DNA of 64,000 bases. It comes from Blastocatellia bacterium. GTDB lineage: Bacteria; Acidobacteriota; Blastocatellia; UBA7656. The stretch covers positions 192,001-256,000 of the forward strand of contig CAVXWP010000001.1 in the NCBI GenBank assembly GCA_963765495.1, written 5' to 3'. This document shows, in pieces, positions 1 through 10,053 of the stretch (the first letter of the stretch is position 1; every line of letters begins with the position of its first letter). The notes under the pieces were generated by a model, which worked only from the letters and a program-made list of their open reading frames with translations, searched no databases and had not been told where the DNA came from. Position numbers and translations under genes: made by a program.

Positions 1-2507
1 CAAGCGCAACAATCACCTCGATGGCTCTCAGCCCCGATGGGAGCACTGTGGCGGCGGGGAGTTGGACGACGATTGATTTATGGAAGAGCGGCACGGGCAA
101 GTGGATACGCACCCTCGAAGGCCGATTATCCAGCGTCCGCAGCGTCGCTTTCAGCCCGAATGGGAAGACGCTCGCTTACGCCACCCGAAACAGCATCAAA
201 CTCTGGGACAGCGGGTCGGGCGCATTGATCGCTACGCTCGATGGCCATTCGTCTCAGGTCAATGCCGTGGCCTTCAGCCCGGACGGCAAGCTGCTGGCTT
301 CGGCGAGCGCCGATAAAAAGATCACACTCTGGGATGTTGCCAGCAACAAGCCGCTTCGCAATCTCACGGGGCATATCTCGAATGTTTCCACACTGGCCTT
401 CAGTTCTGACAGCAAGTTTATCGCTTCAGGCAGCGTTGATAAGACCGTCAAGTTATGGGATGTCAAGAGCGGCAAATTGCGGCGCACCTTCGAAGGGCAT
501 TTCACGTTGATCAGTGCGGTAGCATTCGCTCCCGACGGCAAGACCATTGCATCCGGGAGCTATGATAATTCCATCAAGCTCTGGGACGTCGACAGCGGCA
601 AAGCGATTTACACGCTCACGGGGCATGCGTCGGAAGTGACCGGTCTGGCCTTTAGTCCCGATGGAACCCTGTTGGCTACTTGCAGCCGGGATAAGACCAT
701 CAAGCTATGGGATCCGCAAACGGGTCAACTGGTCCGCACCCTTGAGGGCCATGCTCAAGACGTTTTCACCGTCGCCTTCAGCCCGGACGGCAAGATGCTG
801 GCATCGGGCAGCTATGACAAAACCCTCCGCCTCTGGGACGTCCAGAGCGGCAAACTGATGCGCACGCTCGAAGGCCATTCCGGCGCCATTCTGTCCGTTG
901 CCTTCAGCCCGGACGGAAGATACATCGCGTCGGGGAGCGACGATGCGACGGCAAATATCTGGTCTCCCAATACGGAGGAGCCGCTTTGCACTCTGGCGAG
1001 TTTCAACAACGGAGGGGAATGGTTGGTCATCACTCCTGATGGTCTGTTTGACGGCTCACCCGAAGCTTGGCAATCGATTCTCTGGCGTTTTGCCAGGAAT
1101 ACCTTCGACGTGGCTCCGGTGGAAGCTTTCTTCAACGAGTTTTACTACCCCGGCCTGCTGGCAGATGTGCTGGCGGGCAAGAGGCCGAAGGCCGCTCAAA
1201 ACATCGCCCGATTGGATCGACGCCAGCCACGGGTAAGCCTCGCGTTAGTCGATGATGGCCTGAGCGCCGACCGGGCGATCCCCTCACGAAAAGTCAAGAT
1301 CAGAGTCCAGGTCGCCGAAGCCCTGCCGGATGCAGATCATCCAGCGGGCAGCGGCGCGCGGGACGTGCGGCTGTTCAGAAACGGCGCGTTGGTCAAGGCA
1401 TGGCGCGGCAATCTGTTGAGTTCGCCGCAACACGACGTGACGCTTGAAGAAACCATCTCGATTGTAGCCGGCGAAAATCGGCTCACAGCCTACGCTTTTA
1501 ATAGTGCGAACATCAAGAGCGCTGACGCCTCAATGGAGCTGAAGGGCGGTGAGGGTCTGAAGCGTAAAGGCACGGCATATATTTTGGTCATCGGCATCGA
1601 TAAATACGCGAATTCGCAATACGACCTGAGATTTGCTACAGCGGATGGGCAAGCCTTTGGCGACACGCTGCGACAGTCGCTGGGCAAACAGCGAGCCTTT
1701 GCTCAGGTCGAAGTGATTCCGCTGGTCAATCAGGATGCCACCCGATCCAACATTCTGGCCGCGCTAGGCCAGCTTGCCGGAAAGGATGACGCCGCGTTGC
1801 CCAACCCGCCGGAGGTCTTGAAGCGCCTCAAGACCGCTGAACCGGAAGACGCGGTGATCATTTATTTCGCCGGCCATGGCACGGCCCAGCAGTCCCGATT
1901 TTATTTGATTCCGCAGGACCTTGGCTACACGGGTGAGCGAGACGAATTGGATGAAAGCGGACTGGCCACGCTACTCGCACACAGCATCTCAGACCTCGAC
2001 CTGGAACAGGCATTTGAAAAGATTGATGCAGGGCAACTCGTTCTGGTGCTGGATGCCTGCAATAGCGGTCAGGCTCTGGAATCGCAAGAGAAGAGACGCG
2101 GCCCGATGAACTCCAAAGGATTGGCACAGCTTGCCTATGAAAAGGGAATCTACATTCTCACTGCCGCACAAGCCTATCAAGCCGCCCTGGAAGCTGATGA
2201 ATTGGGGCATGGATTCTTGACTTACGCGCTCGTCGAGGAAGGCTTGAAGATGAACGCCGCCGACACCTCGCCTAAGGACGATCAGATTACGCTGCGCGAA
2301 TGGTTGGATTACGCCGTGGGGCGAGTGCCGCAGATGCAAGCGGCGGCTCTGGCAGGGTCTCGTGGCCTGAAGGTGGTGTTCGTTGAGGGCGAAGAAAATA
2401 TTACTGATCCAGAAAAGCGGAATCTGCAACGCCCGCGAATCTTTTATCGGCGCGAAGCTGACCCTCAACCTTTCATTGTGGAAAGAGTCGTCGGAAAGGG
2501 TAACTGA
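1..2507 (+). CDS. WD40-repeat protein with C-terminal caspase-like (peptidase C14) domain; 5'-truncated by the window
   Basis: About 8 WD40 repeats (GH..V..VAFSPDG..LASGS.D.T..LWD), an Ig-like spacer, then the caspase dyad motifs YFAGHG and LDACNSG. The frame is open upstream of the ATG at 21. Confidence 0.9.
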   Translation, partial: SATITSMALSPDGSTVAAGSWTTIDLWKSGTGKWIRTLEGRLSSVRSVAFSPNGKTLAYATRNSIKLWDSGSGALIATLDGHSSQVNAVAFSPDGKLLASASADKKITLWDVASNKPLRNLTGHISNVSTLAFSSDSKFIASGSVDKTVKLWDVKSGKLRRTFEGHFTLISAVAFAPDGKTIASGSYDNSIKLWDVDSGKAIYTLTGHASEVTGLAFSPDGTLLATCSRDKTIKLWDPQTGQLVRTLEGHAQDVFTVAFSPDGKMLASGSYDKTLRLWDVQSGKLMRTLEGHSGAILSVAFSPDGRYIASGSDDATANIWSPNTEEPLCTLASFNNGGEWLVITPDGLFDGSPEAWQSILWRFARNTFDVAPVEAFFNEFYYPGLLADVLAGKRPKAAQNIARLDRRQPRVSLALVDDGLSADRAIPSRKVKIRVQVAEALPDADHPAGSGARDVRLFRNGALVKAWRGNLLSSPQHDVTLEETISIVAGENRLTAYAFNSANIKSADASMELKGGEGLKRKGTAYILVIGIDKYANSQYDLRFATADGQAFGDTLRQSLGKQRAFAQVEVIPLVNQDATRSNILAALGQLAGKDDAALPNPPEVLKRLKTAEPEDAVIIYFAGHGTAQQSRFYLIPQDLGYTGERDELDESGLATLLAHSISDLDLEQAFEKIDAGQLVLVLDACNSGQALESQEKRRGPMNSKGLAQLAYEKGIYILTAAQAYQAALEADELGHGFLTYALVEEGLKMNAADTSPKDDQITLREWLDYAVGRVPQMQAAALAGSRGLKVVFVEGEENITDPEKRNLQRPRIFYRREADPQPFIVERVVGKGN

Positions 2508-2752
2508 TATTACGCAGACAGAGACTGCGGTTCGAGCTTGACATACTCTTGATAAGTGACCTTCAAGGACATCAGATAGATCTTTGACTTTAAGGCAAAA
2601 TCTTGTTGAATCCCCTTTGAATCTTGGTATCTTTTCAGAAAGGAAGAAAATTTGCCACAGAGCCACAAAGACACAGATGCGTCTCTGTGGCTACTGCTGA
2701 ACTCTTACGAATCTTGTCAATCCTGTCTAAAATCGGGCATGTTTGATACCAT

Positions 2753-3820
2753 ATGCGTGCACCGATGAAAAAATTCCTTTCAACGAAAAATAGACGAATC
2801 TTTATCGCCTCGCTTATTGCGGCGCTTGCGCTCTCAACTCAGGCATCGGGCCAATCGCCTGCCGCGCCCGCCCCCGCGCCAAAGGGGCTGCTTTCAGACC
2901 TCAAGGGCAAGACGGCGGAAACAAGGCGGGCGGCGGCAAATCAACTGGGGGGACTTCGAGCGCGTGATGCGGTGCGCCCGCTCTTTGCCGCGCTCGCAGA
3001 CAAGGATGGAGGTGTGCGCGAGGCAGCCGCGTTTGCGCTTGGTCAAATAGCGGACCCGATGGCCTCCGAGCCTTTGACGCGCGCCCTCAAGGACGCGAAC
3101 CCTGAGGTGCGCGCATCAGCCGCCTTCGCTCTTGGGATGATTGGAGACCAGAAGACAACCGAGGCGCTTAGTGATGCCTTGAGCGATGAAGAGGCGGGGG
3201 TACGCTCGTCGGTTGTGGCCGCCTTTGGCGTGATGCAGGATGCGGAAGGAATCGAAGACCTTATCGAAATGCTCGACGATCCTGATTTCGATGTGCGTTA
3301 TGATGCGGTCTGGTCGCTTGGCCAGATAGGCGAAGCAGACGCCTCAGACCAGCTTCGTGTCGCGCTCGTGAAATTGGATACGATCAAAGCAGACGCTTCG
3401 CTGCAAGAGATATTTCGGCAGGCGGTGCAAAACTCACTTGAGAACATACGCGCTCTAAGCGGTGAATCGCCCGCGCCCGATTCGCAGGGCCGCCCGCGCC
3501 GCGTTTCTGAGCCGCCGCCCGCCCCGGCCGAGGACAAACAAAACAGGAGCGCGTCGAGCGATTCGCGGCCCGTAAGCATAAAACAAATCGTTCAGCCTCT
3601 GCCGACCGAGCGGGCCTTGCGCGCCAAGATAAACGGCACGGTCGGGCTTCGAGTCCTTGTAAGCACAGGAGGCCGCCCTGTGCGCGCATACGTCACGCGC
3701 CGCCTCGGTTACGGGCTTGACCAGCGAGCAGTCGAAGCGGCTATGCAATACAGATTCGACCCGGCGACGCGAAAAGGCGTCTCGCAGGTCGAATGGATAT
3801 CTTTAGATGTGAAATTTTAG
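2753..3820 (+). CDS. Secreted HEAT-repeat protein with C-terminal TonB-C domain
   Basis: Signal peptide, repeated VR.AAA.ALG.I HEAT motifs, Pro-rich linker, then TonB-C-like GTVGLRVLV...GLDQRAVEAAMQYRFDPA. Alternative start at 2765. Confidence 0.8.
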   Translation: MRAPMKKFLSTKNRRIFIASLIAALALSTQASGQSPAAPAPAPKGLLSDLKGKTAETRRAAANQLGGLRARDAVRPLFAALADKDGGVREAAAFALGQIADPMASEPLTRALKDANPEVRASAAFALGMIGDQKTTEALSDALSDEEAGVRSSVVAAFGVMQDAEGIEDLIEMLDDPDFDVRYDAVWSLGQIGEADASDQLRVALVKLDTIKADASLQEIFRQAVQNSLENIRALSGESPAPDSQGRPRRVSEPPPAPAEDKQNRSASSDSRPVSIKQIVQPLPTERALRAKINGTVGLRVLVSTGGRPVRAYVTRRLGYGLDQRAVEAAMQYRFDPATRKGVSQVEWISLDVKF

Positions 3821-3927
3821 GGGCCGGGGGTCAGGGGCCGGGGGCCGGTGATTTATGCCTGCGTGCTATTGATTACGGTTTGACCTTGCTGAGAAATGTT
3901 TCACCGACCCCCGGCCCCCGACCCCCG
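3820..3927. repeat. Inverted pair of heptamer arrays (GGGGCCG)n ... (CGGCCCC)n
   Basis: 3820-3851 ggggccg-ggggtca-ggggccg-ggggccg-gtga versus 3901-3927 tcac-cgacccc-cggcccc-cgacccc-cg. Confidence 0.85.
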
Positions 3928-3944
3928 ATTAAGGAGGGATCGTT

Positions 3945-4814
3945 ATGGCAAGTATCGTCAGATGCGGGTTGATTCAGGCCGCAAATGTCTGCGCGACCGA
4001 TGAACCTATTGAGAAGATAAAGCAGGCTAATATCGAAAAGAATTTAGAGTTTATCGGACAGGCGGCCCGTGAGGGCGTTCAGATGCTTTGCATGCAGGAG
4101 GTCTTTACTACGCCTTACTTCTGCGCCGAGCAGGAATCAAGATGGTATGAGGCGGTTGAGAAGATACCCGATGGCCCTACCGTGAAGATCATGCAAGAGA
4201 CCGCAAAAAAGCATGGCATGGTTTTAATCGTTCCGATTTACGAAGAAGAGATCACGGGCGTTTACTACAACACGGCGGCCGTGATTGACGCGGACGGAAC
4301 CTATCTGGGCAAGTATCGCAAGAATCACATCCCTCATTGCGCCCCCGGGTTCTGGGAGAAGTTCTATTTCAAACCCGGCAATCTCGGCTATCCGACCTTC
4401 GAGACACAGTTTGCCCGCATAGGCGTCTATATCTGCTACGACCGCCATTTCCCCGAAGGCGCTCGGGCGCTCGGGCTTGCCGGAGCCGAGATAGTCTTCA
4501 ACCCGTCGGCCACGGTTGCCGGACTCAGCGAATACCTTTGGGAGCTTGAGCAACCGGCGCACGCTGTGGCAAACGGGTACTACATCGGCGCGATCAATCG
4601 AGTGGGACACGAGCAGCCGTGGGACATAGGCGAGTTTTACGGCAAGAGCTATTTCTGTAACCCGCGAGGCAAGATCATCGCCCAGGGATCGCGCGATTCG
4701 GATGAACTGGTTGTTGCCGATCTCGATCTGGAACAGATCCGCGAAGTGCGTAATGTCTGGCAATTCTATCGCGACCGAAGGCCGGAGACTTACATTCAGC
4801 TTGTGAGCGATTGA
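3945..4814 (+). CDS. Nitrilase-family carbon-nitrogen hydrolase, beta-ureidopropionase-like
   Basis: Glu-Lys-Cys triad motifs CMQE, YRKNHIP and YICYDRHFPE; C-terminal FYRDRRPETY; AGGAGG RBS. Confidence 0.88.
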   Translation: MASIVRCGLIQAANVCATDEPIEKIKQANIEKNLEFIGQAAREGVQMLCMQEVFTTPYFCAEQESRWYEAVEKIPDGPTVKIMQETAKKHGMVLIVPIYEEEITGVYYNTAAVIDADGTYLGKYRKNHIPHCAPGFWEKFYFKPGNLGYPTFETQFARIGVYICYDRHFPEGARALGLAGAEIVFNPSATVAGLSEYLWELEQPAHAVANGYYIGAINRVGHEQPWDIGEFYGKSYFCNPRGKIIAQGSRDSDELVVADLDLEQIREVRNVWQFYRDRRPETYIQLVSD

Positions 4815-4851
4815 CGTTCTGGCAGACGCCCGACTCAGGAGAGGACACCTT

Positions 4852-5847
4852 ATGCTTGAAATGGCTATAACCTTCAAACCCGACATGCCGCATACTCGAA
4901 TCGTCGCCCTATCAAAGCAGGCCGAATCGGCCGGGTTCAATTACGGCTGGATATTCGATTCGCACGTTTTGTGGCAAGACCCTTACCCGCTTATGACGCT
5001 TATGGCCGTAAACACCGAGCGCATGCGTATGGGCACCTGCGTGACCAATCCGGCTGTGCGCGATGTCACGGTGACGGCGAGCCTGCTTGCCACGCTCAAT
5101 CTCGTATCGGGCGGGCGCATGGACATGGGGATAGGCCGGGGCGATAGCTCTCGCCGCGTGATGGGCAAAAAACCGACGACGCTTGCGCGACTTGAAGAGA
5201 CCGTAGCGGAGATACGCGACCTCTGCGCGGGCAAAAAGATCGTGTACGAGGGCCGCGAAATTCAGATGCCGTGGGCTACAGAAGGAGTGCCGCCGGTCTG
5301 GGTCGCGGGCTACGGCCCGAAGGCGTTGCGCACCGCCGGGCGCGTAGGCGACGGCGTGATTCTGCAATTTGCCGACCCGCATCTGATCAAGTGGTGTCTG
5401 GGATTTGTGCGCGAGGGAGCCGAAGAAGCCGGGCGCGACTTCTCGAAGTTTCGCGTGATGAGCGCCGCCCCGGTCTGGGTTTCCGATGATCTGGCAAAGG
5501 CGCGCGAGCAGGTTCGATGGTTCCCGGCTATGGTCGGAAATCACGTGGCCGATCTGGTTTCGCGATACACACCCGAAGAACTGCCCGAAGAGTTGATAGG
5601 TTATATCCGCGAGCGCAAAGGCTATGATTATCTGCATCACGGCGAAGTGGGAAGCTCAAACGCGGATTTCGTGACCGACGAGGTGGTTGATCGCTTTGCG
5701 ATAGTCGGCCCCGCCGAAGAACACGTCCGCCGCCTGCGCGAACTTGAAAGCATCGGGGTCACTCAGTTCAACATATATTTAATGAGCGGCGATGAAGAAG
5801 CAACATTAGATATTTATGGCCGCGATGTAGTGCCGTCTCTGGCGTGA
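4852..5847 (+). CDS. LLM-class flavin/F420-dependent oxidoreductase, pyrimidine-degradation-associated type
   Basis: GWIFDSHVLWQDPYP, GTCVTNP, GIGRGDSSRRV and VWVAGYGPKAL luciferase-like motifs; adjacent to the ureidopropionase-like gene. Confidence 0.82.
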   Translation: MLEMAITFKPDMPHTRIVALSKQAESAGFNYGWIFDSHVLWQDPYPLMTLMAVNTERMRMGTCVTNPAVRDVTVTASLLATLNLVSGGRMDMGIGRGDSSRRVMGKKPTTLARLEETVAEIRDLCAGKKIVYEGREIQMPWATEGVPPVWVAGYGPKALRTAGRVGDGVILQFADPHLIKWCLGFVREGAEEAGRDFSKFRVMSAAPVWVSDDLAKAREQVRWFPAMVGNHVADLVSRYTPEELPEELIGYIRERKGYDYLHHGEVGSSNADFVTDEVVDRFAIVGPAEEHVRRLRELESIGVTQFNIYLMSGDEEATLDIYGRDVVPSLA

Positions 5848-5943
5848 TGCGTGATGCGTGATGTGTGAAAGCAGGCGACTTGCTGGTTACAGCCAACTGC
5901 CTGAAAGTCACTCTTCACGAATCACGAATCACGAATCACGCAT
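5842..5943. repeat. Inverted heptamer element (GCGTGAT)n ... (ATCACGA)n between convergent genes
   Basis: Tandem gcgtgat x3 on the left and atcacga x3-4 on the right. The spacer contains CTGCCTGAAAGTCAC, which is shared with the copy at 47367. Confidence 0.85.
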
Positions 5944-6486
5944 TCCTGCCAACTGCTCGTCGGGCGCAATCGTTGTGAAGTAGGTTTCCTGTTTGAAGGG
6001 CTTAAACCCGCGCTTTTTATAGTTTGGCACGGCCGCCGGATCATCCAGCGTACAGGTGTGAAGCCATACGCGACTCGCTCCTTCCAACCAGGCTTGCTCA
6101 ACGGCTATCGTCAACAGATGTTTCCCAAGCCCCCGGCCTATGAACTCGGGCAACAATCCGAAATAAGCGATCTCTAAGGACTCATCCTCATATTTCAAAA
6201 GCTCGAAATAGCCTGCGGGCGCGCCTTCAAAATACATTACCCAGAGGGACAAATCCGGGTTGGCAAGATGCGCGTCAATCTCTTCATCCGTCCAGCCGAG
6301 ACGGTCTACCCAGTGATAGTAGCGGCCCACCTCCCTGTAGAGATAGCGATAAAAAGAGGCGGGGCACCTGAGGACTCGCTCCACGCGAGCGGGCGCGTCC
6401 GTCAGTTGAGCGGGCCTGAAATCTTCGGGCGCGGTCATCTGGAAATAGGTTCGAATAACTTCAATTTGATTATCTTGCTCTTCCAT
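5929..6486 (-). CDS. GNAT family N-acetyltransferase
   Basis: Acetyl-CoA motif FGLLPEFIGRGLG and C-terminal VWLHTCTLDDPAA..NY.KRGF. Confidence 0.88.
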   Translation of the reverse strand: MEEQDNQIEVIRTYFQMTAPEDFRPAQLTDAPARVERVLRCPASFYRYLYREVGRYYHWVDRLGWTDEEIDAHLANPDLSLWVMYFEGAPAGYFELLKYEDESLEIAYFGLLPEFIGRGLGKHLLTIAVEQAWLEGASRVWLHTCTLDDPAAVPNYKKRGFKPFKQETYFTTIAPDEQLAGMRDS

Positions 6487-6516
6487 AATCACAGGGTTTC
6501 GCTTCTCATTATCGAA

Positions 6517-7485
6517 TTACCATGTTCGCGCATCATTCAAAGCCCTTTGCGCCTCGGCCTGCATGTAGGTTCCAAAATTTGGCTTGCCCTGTTTGACTCG
6601 CGCAAGTATGTCGCGCGCGGTCTTGTTGACCTGCGCCCGGTCTTTTTTCCCTGCATAGCTCATCAGCAGATAGCGCGCGAAAGTCTGATTGTCGGGGTAT
6701 TTATCCTTGAGCTTGAGCGCGATGGCTATCGCTTCATCGAATCTGCTCTCTTTTAGTATGTATATTTCAAGAAGCGCAAGACCCGCATCCGCGCTTGTCA
6801 AAGAGCCGCGCTCGTGTGCGGTCTTCAAATACTCCAACCCCTTTTCGCGGTCGCCTGTGGGCAGCGCCTTTGCGCCAAGCATGGCCGTTGCTACCCTGCC
6901 TATGGAAGTGTCTGTCAGCAATCCTACCTGATAATAAATCCCGCCCGGCGCAAAATATATGTCAGCGTTATCGGGAGCGATCTTTATCAGTTCTTCAAAA
7001 TGGTTCTGCGCCGTTCGCGCATATTTGGCAGCAGGCAGCGCGTGGTTCTGATAGAGGTTGATTCGCGAACGGATGGCATAAGCCGATACGAGATAATATA
7101 GGGCGTCGCTTTCATCCTTTTTCGATTTTGTGGAGCGGGCAAGCACTGCTTCCGCTTTTTCAATGGCCGAGGCGAGCGAGGTCTCTATATCGGCATCGAA
7201 CCTGCGGTTTCCTCGTTCGAGCTTCGCATCGACATAGGATTTCCAGGTCAATGCGACCGCGTGATAGAAATCGCCTGTCGGGTCGGCGGGTCGCTTCTTC
7301 GCCATTTCATCGAATCGCCCGGCGGCCCCGTCATAGTCGCCTCGATATATCAATTCGCGGGCTTCGGTGATCGCTTTCCGCATACTTTCGTCACTGGTCT
7401 CCTGGGCCAACCCTGCGGCAGCCGGGGCAAAGAGAATAATCAATGCAAGCGCGAAGGTCCACAGATATCGAATCGGCGTCCTCAT
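6517..7485 (-). CDS. Secreted TPR-like alpha-helical protein
   Basis: Signal peptide (..GLA-QE) and TPR-like helical pairs (PADP.GDFY.A, APDNADIYF, KYPDN). Confidence 0.7.
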   Translation of the reverse strand: MRTPIRYLWTFALALIILFAPAAAGLAQETSDESMRKAITEARELIYRGDYDGAAGRFDEMAKKRPADPTGDFYHAVALTWKSYVDAKLERGNRRFDADIETSLASAIEKAEAVLARSTKSKKDESDALYYLVSAYAIRSRINLYQNHALPAAKYARTAQNHFEELIKIAPDNADIYFAPGGIYYQVGLLTDTSIGRVATAMLGAKALPTGDREKGLEYLKTAHERGSLTSADAGLALLEIYILKESRFDEAIAIALKLKDKYPDNQTFARYLLMSYAGKKDRAQVNKTARDILARVKQGKPNFGTYMQAEAQRALNDARTW

Positions 7486-7648
7486 TTTCTACTCCGCTTT
7501 CTGACCGGCCTTTGGCCCGGACGGTTGATGTGGCTACAATTGTATGTCGGCACTGGTATTCTACTTTCCGAGCGCGCCCGACGCAAAGCAAGCCCGAGGC
7601 GCGCGTTCATGAATTGATCCAGACAGATGGAGTATCAAAGGAATTCTG

Positions 7649-9181
7649 ATGAGAAAAGTTGTTTTTCCAATTCTGCTTGTGCTGCTGGGTGTGGCGCTTG
7701 CGCCCGAGGTCGCGGCCCAATCTGCCGGTAAGATAATTGATCGTTACAAAAAGGCCGTGGGCGGTAAAGCCGTCAAGCGCGTCAAAAACGTCTTTATAAG
7801 CGGAAGCCTTAAATCGGGTGACACGACCGAGGGGCGTTTTACCTACAGGGCCGCCGCGCCCAACCGCTTGCGAATAGACGTGGAATCGACTGGTTCGAAG
7901 GTGAGCAGGTGTTACAACGGAAAGTCGGCCTGGCGATTGGACGAGCGCGGGCTCAGAACCCTGCTCGGAGATGAAGCAAAGTTGCTGCGTCTTGAGGCGC
8001 TTATTGCCAACAGCCGGTTGAATGATCTCGCGCGCAATCGCATCACCGCGCGACTCGCGGGCAAGGCGCAGATTGACGGGCGCGAGGTCGATTCAGTCGT
8101 ATTTGAAAAAGAAGGCGTGAGCCTCAAACTCTTCTTCGATCCGTCGAGCAGGCTCTTGATCAAACAGGAGAGGGAAACGCCCGAAGGACTTCAGGAAACC
8201 ACCTATTCAGATTACCGCCCGGTTGACGGCGTTATGGAGCCGTTCTCTATCAAGATCAAAAACGGCGAGCGCGAGATGCTCATAATTGCCGACAAAATAG
8301 AGCATAACACTTCGGTTGAAGAGGCTGCCTTTCGCTATCCGACGGTAGAAGGAGACCGCCCGCTGCCCGAAATCGAGCCTCTGATGAAGACAATCGAGGC
8401 CAATCAGGAGAAGATCGAAGAACTCAAAGAACTCTATACGTTTCGCGAGGCCGAGACCGAAAATAAACTCGACGGCAAAGGACAGATCAAAGAGAGCGAG
8501 ACGCGAGTCTATGAGGTCACTCCGGTCGCGGGCGATTTCGTGCGCCGCCTCGTGAGCGTCGACGGCAAGCCGCTCTCTGCATCCGAGCAGGAGAAAGAAG
8601 ACCGCAATGTGCAGAAAGAAGCGGAGAAGGCCCTAAAGCGCCGCGATAAGAAGAAAGAGCAGGAAGACAAGCGCGACCAGGAAGAAGATGATTCGGATGA
8701 TCGCCGCATAACTGTCCTCAGTTTTTTGCGGCTTTGCGAAATCACCTCCGTTCGCCGCGAGATGTTTCGCGGCCACGAAGTTATTGCCTTTGACTTCGAG
8801 CCTCGCAAGGGAATAAAACCGAGGAATAGAACCGAAAACCTCGTCAGCAAGCTCGCGGGCACCATGTGGGTAGACGAAGATGCGCGCCAGATCGTCAGGA
8901 TCGAAGCGCGGCTGATGGATTCATTCAAGATAGCGGGCGGGCTTTTCGCCTCCGTCGCGCCTTCGACCGCAGTCGCCTTCGAACAGGAAAAAATAGGCGA
9001 CGAGGTATGGCTGCCTTCATACGCCGAGGTGAACATCTTTGCGAAGGTGATGCTTTTCGCAAAGATAAATCGCAACGTCGTATCGCGGTACAGCGATTAT
9101 AAAAAGTACAGGATAGACAGCCAGTATGAACTGGCAAAACCGGATGAGAACAAGAAAGACGAGGAGAAGAAACCCGATTAG
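7649..9181 (+). CDS. Secreted two-domain protein, LolA/outer-membrane lipoprotein-sorting-like fold
   Basis: Signal peptide; IIDRYKKAVGG...YSDYRPVDG pattern; second beta-rich domain ending YSDYKKY. Confidence 0.6.
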   Translation: MRKVVFPILLVLLGVALAPEVAAQSAGKIIDRYKKAVGGKAVKRVKNVFISGSLKSGDTTEGRFTYRAAAPNRLRIDVESTGSKVSRCYNGKSAWRLDERGLRTLLGDEAKLLRLEALIANSRLNDLARNRITARLAGKAQIDGREVDSVVFEKEGVSLKLFFDPSSRLLIKQERETPEGLQETTYSDYRPVDGVMEPFSIKIKNGEREMLIIADKIEHNTSVEEAAFRYPTVEGDRPLPEIEPLMKTIEANQEKIEELKELYTFREAETENKLDGKGQIKESETRVYEVTPVAGDFVRRLVSVDGKPLSASEQEKEDRNVQKEAEKALKRRDKKKEQEDKRDQEEDDSDDRRITVLSFLRLCEITSVRREMFRGHEVIAFDFEPRKGIKPRNRTENLVSKLAGTMWVDEDARQIVRIEARLMDSFKIAGGLFASVAPSTAVAFEQEKIGDEVWLPSYAEVNIFAKVMLFAKINRNVVSRYSDYKKYRIDSQYELAKPDENKKDEEKKPD

Positions 9182-9200
9182 CTGTATCTCGGCGAGACGG

Positions 9201-9926
9201 CTAGAGGCACTTGGCCAATCGAGCCTGATCGCCCAGAGTCAGATAGAAAGGTCCTATCTCTTCGTCGGTGTCTGTCAGGTGAACCATCAGCATCATCGTT
9301 TTGCCGTCGGTCCATCCGCTATAGCGAGCGGGCAGAGGAATAAAGTTCTCGTCTTCGTGTACGGGTCCCGGATGCTCGTGCGTAAACGTGCCTGCTACGT
9401 CAAAGCGCCCGGTGTCGTCGAGTACCAGCGGCTCATCTATCGAACCGTGAGCGCAATCGAATTCCACATCGCGTTTGTCTTGGGAAAGACTGAGCGCAAC
9501 GCTTCTGCCTCCCCATTCGCCGGGAGGCGCGGTGGTGATATTGCTTGTGTAGACTACGCGGAACTTCTTTTTTGCTTTGCAGGTGTTCGATTCGGTAGAA
9601 GCCGTTACCTTCACCTTCCACTTGCCGGGAGACACAGGGATGTACTCACCAAAAGAATCTATGCCGATAAACTGGCCGGAGAAATCGGTTACCGACGGGG
9701 CAAGCTCGATAAAGAAAATCTGTGATTGATGAGTCTGTTTGTTTTTGGCCAGGATATGTATCTTTGAGCCGGGAAGAAAATTGGTCCCGGCAATTTCATA
9801 AAGGTCGTGTCCATCATTGACGGGTGTAACCGTGATCGAACACCCGCTTTGCGCCCGGGCAGAACCGGCTGTCGCGACGATCATAAGCAATGCAAGCGCT
9901 GCTATAGCAAAAGTGATTCGTTTCAT
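9201..9926 (-). CDS. Secreted hypothetical protein
   Basis: Start MKRITF at 9926 with GGAGG RBS and signal peptide; C-terminal domain WGG...EFDCAHG.I...GPV ending KCL. Confidence 0.75.
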   Translation of the reverse strand: MKRITFAIAALALLMIVATAGSARAQSGCSITVTPVNDGHDLYEIAGTNFLPGSKIHILAKNKQTHQSQIFFIELAPSVTDFSGQFIGIDSFGEYIPVSPGKWKVKVTASTESNTCKAKKKFRVVYTSNITTAPPGEWGGRSVALSLSQDKRDVEFDCAHGSIDEPLVLDDTGRFDVAGTFTHEHPGPVHEDENFIPLPARYSGWTDGKTMMLMVHLTDTDEEIGPFYLTLGDQARLAKCL

Positions 9927-10053
9927 TTTACCCTCCCGCTGTGTCGAAAGCCCCTGTGCGACATGGTTTCGTCTTTCAAGCGACCAGGTGAGGTGAGTTT
10001 CGCCAGCAAAGCCGTTATTCTCGAAGCGTAGCCGCGTATGGCGGCTATGTGCG

